Assembly: GCF_032191835.1 (NCBI RefSeq)
Contig: NC_083229.1
Span: 87,296,001 to 87,360,000 of the forward strand
Reading direction: 5' to 3'
From: Heteronotia binoei
Taxonomy: Eukaryota
Length of the DNA: 64,000 nt
Part shown: positions 61,901-64,000 of the stretch, one piece after another
Layout of the letters: the number at the start of each line of letters is the position of its first letter
Position numbering within the stretch: position 1 is the stretch's first letter
The notes under the pieces: model-generated
What the model was told of the DNA's origin: nothing
What the model saw: the letters and a program-made list of their open reading frames with translations, nothing else
Database searches by the model: none
Program-made: the position numbers and the translations under genes

Positions 61901-63707
61901 CTGATCTTCCAGGCAGTCAGTTTTAGAAGAGCAGGGTCGTGGTGTAAGACCTTGCCTTCTTGTTGGTAGAGTAAATCACGTACTCTGGGAAATTGGAGGA
62001 ATGTGTTGTTTGACAGGAGAAGAGTGGTGAACCAGGGTTGACAAGGCCACCATGGAGTGATCAAGATACAATTGGTCTGATCTAGTTTGATTTTCTGGAG
62101 TGATCTTGTGATGAGAGGAATCGGTGGAAATAAGTAATGCAGAGGTCCCAACAACCGGTGGAGGAATGCATCTCTCCGACCTCGAGTGTAGAAGCGCGGA
62201 CACTGGGTGTTGTGCAGTGAGGCAAAGACATCTATCTCTGGGACTCTGAAAATTTTGAAAACTGACTGAAGGTATTGGCAGTTGAAGGTCCATTCGTGAT
62301 CGTTGACTAGGTGTCGGCTTAGTGCATCCGCCTTCACATTCTGAACTCCAGGTAGGTGCACAGCTGTCAGAAATGTGTCGTGCACAATGCTCCAATGCTG
62401 TAGGGGCATGACTCACTTGCAGAGGCGGACGGAAGCAGTGCCCCTTGGTGATTGATGTAGAAGACAGTGGCAATATTGGCAATATTGTCTAAAGTGATCT
62501 GAATGTGTTGGCCATGAAGAGATGGTAGAAAAGATCTCAGAGCTCTGTGAACTACCAAGAGTTCTAGGCAGTTGATGTGGACAGATCTTTTGTAAACTGT
62601 CCATTGACCCTGAACTGTCAACGATCCCAAATGGACTCCCCATCCCCACTTCGAAGCGTCGGTCGTGACAATGGCAGATGGGGTTGGCTGTATAAACGGC
62701 ATTCCAGTCAAGAGATGGCGTTCCAGTGTCCACCACTGTAGAGATGGTAGGATGTATGATGGAACAGTAAGTAGGGTCATTTGGTGTTGTCACTGTGGGT
62801 GAAATGTCCGGACAAACTACAGTTGAAGAGGGTGCATGTGGAGCCTTGCAAGGCACAGAACGGAAGTGGTTGCTGCCATGAGACCCAGCATACGTTGGAA
62901 GATGAAGACTGTTTGAGTATGGTGCATAATGATGGTACTGGCAAGGGATTGAATATGGTGCACTCTGTCCATTGGAACATAAGCTCTGTGTGTTAGAGTC
63001 GAAAGGTATGCTCCTATGAACTGAATGTTCTGCGTAGGGGTCAGGTTGGATTTTGCTAGATTGACCTGAAGACCTAACAAGGCTAGGAGAGCCACGATTG
63101 TAGAGACGTCCGTTTGGAGTTGCTCCTCGGACTGAGCCACAACAAGCCAATCGTCTATGTATGGGTAGACGGAGATCTGTTGTCGGAGCGAGGCTGCCAC
63201 CACCGCCATACATTTTGTGAAGACCTTCGGTGCTGTCGAAAGACCGAATGAAAGGGAACGAAACTGGTAATGTTGATCCCCGATGGCAAACCTGAGAAAT
63301 CTTCTGTGATGATGACTGATGGTGAGGTGGAAGTACCTGTCTTGAAGATCTATTGATTCCATCCAGGCCTGCTCTGGAATTAGTGATAGAATAGATTGCA
63401 GAGTAATCATGTGGAATTTCTTGTAACGAATGTGCTGATTGAGTTTGCACAGATTTAGTATAGGACGTTGACCCCCGTCCCTCTTTGGAACCAGAAAGTA
63501 CCGGGAGTAGAACCCTGTGTGATGGAACTGCAATGGAACTGGTTCTATAGCTGCCTTGTCCAGCAAGGTGGTGATTTCTTTTTGGAGAGGAAGGGAGGGA
63601 GGGGTAGTTATGAATCTGTGGAGCTTCGGGGGCAAATCGAACTCTATGATGTAGCCCCTGTGGATGATCGCCAGGACCCAGGAATCTGATGTTATCGATT
63701 CCCACAT
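61894..63707 (-). pseudogene. DIRS pol: reverse transcriptase, RNase H and methyltransferase-like domain (disrupted)
   Basis: GFYSRYFLVPK, RPILNL, SFGLSTAPKVFTK, YIDDW, TDASKWGWG, HINCLEL, DVFAS...YLFPP. In-frame stop at 62817, frameshift near 62440, stop at 62413. Confidence 0.9.
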
Positions 63708-64000
63708 GGGGTAAAAGGGACTTAGTCTGGTGATGTGAGCAAGAAGTCTGGTGATGTCTGCAAAATGTTGTGGTGGGCAGAGATGCGGTATGAGAGAGTC
63801 AAAGAGACTGTTTCGATGCTGGGGCCGTCTTCTTTGTGGTTTATGGACGAGCCTTTTGATGGCATGGCTGTTTGGCTGGAGGTGCCCTGCGTTTCCAGAA
63901 ATCAGATTGTTTAGGTGAGTGGAGCCGCTTATAATATGAGGGTTTCCAAACTCTGTCGATTTGGCTGTGACTGTTGCTGGTTAACTCCCAACCTCTTAGC

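Larger units (their letters stand above)
60469..64000 (-). mobile_element. DIRS-type tyrosine-recombinase retrotransposon (3' ~3.5 kb; gag and left end outside the window) in a PPP4R1 intron
   Basis: RT, RNaseH, MT-like and YR domains in DIRS order. Terminal inverted and complementary repeats at 60469-60845. Confidence 0.93.

Noticed and set aside
61894-62409. Methyltransferase plus tyrosine recombinase as phage or bacterial contamination or horizontal transfer
   Set aside because: RT-RNaseH-MT-YR with ITR/ICR ends is the standard DIRS1 organisation, and it is embedded in a vertebrate intron.

Overview
Vertebrate nuclear DNA, most likely a squamate (gecko-like, inferred from the SINE and hAT repeat families). 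Two convergent multi-exon genes lie tail to tail. RALBP1 (+) has all 9 coding exons at 5858-30247; spliced by hand with GT-AG sites these give 1959 nt = 652 aa plus stop. PPP4R1 (-) shows its last 9 exons at 56794-38513; its 5' part lies beyond the window. Introns and the intergenic gap are dense in transposable elements. These include at least seven hAT-type DNA elements bounded by TIRs and 8-bp target-site duplications (one with a decayed transposase), several L2-clade LINE copies (one apparently full length), three tRNA-derived SINEs, a Tc2/pogo-like MITE end, a mildly decayed DIRS tyrosine-recombinase retrotransposon at 60469->64000, and a much older DIRS relic between the genes that the ORF track does not reveal. 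I found no convincing wholly new biological system. The best leads are (i) a 5'-only L1/Tx1-like promoter plus ORF1 fragment embedded in a MITE end with a 19-bp duplication, (ii) a candidate 129-nt frame-preserving cassette exon in PPP4R1, (iii) a SINE/L2 pair sharing a 3' tail, and (iv) intronic hairpins. All coordinates were counted by hand; repeat boundaries without a TSD are approximate.
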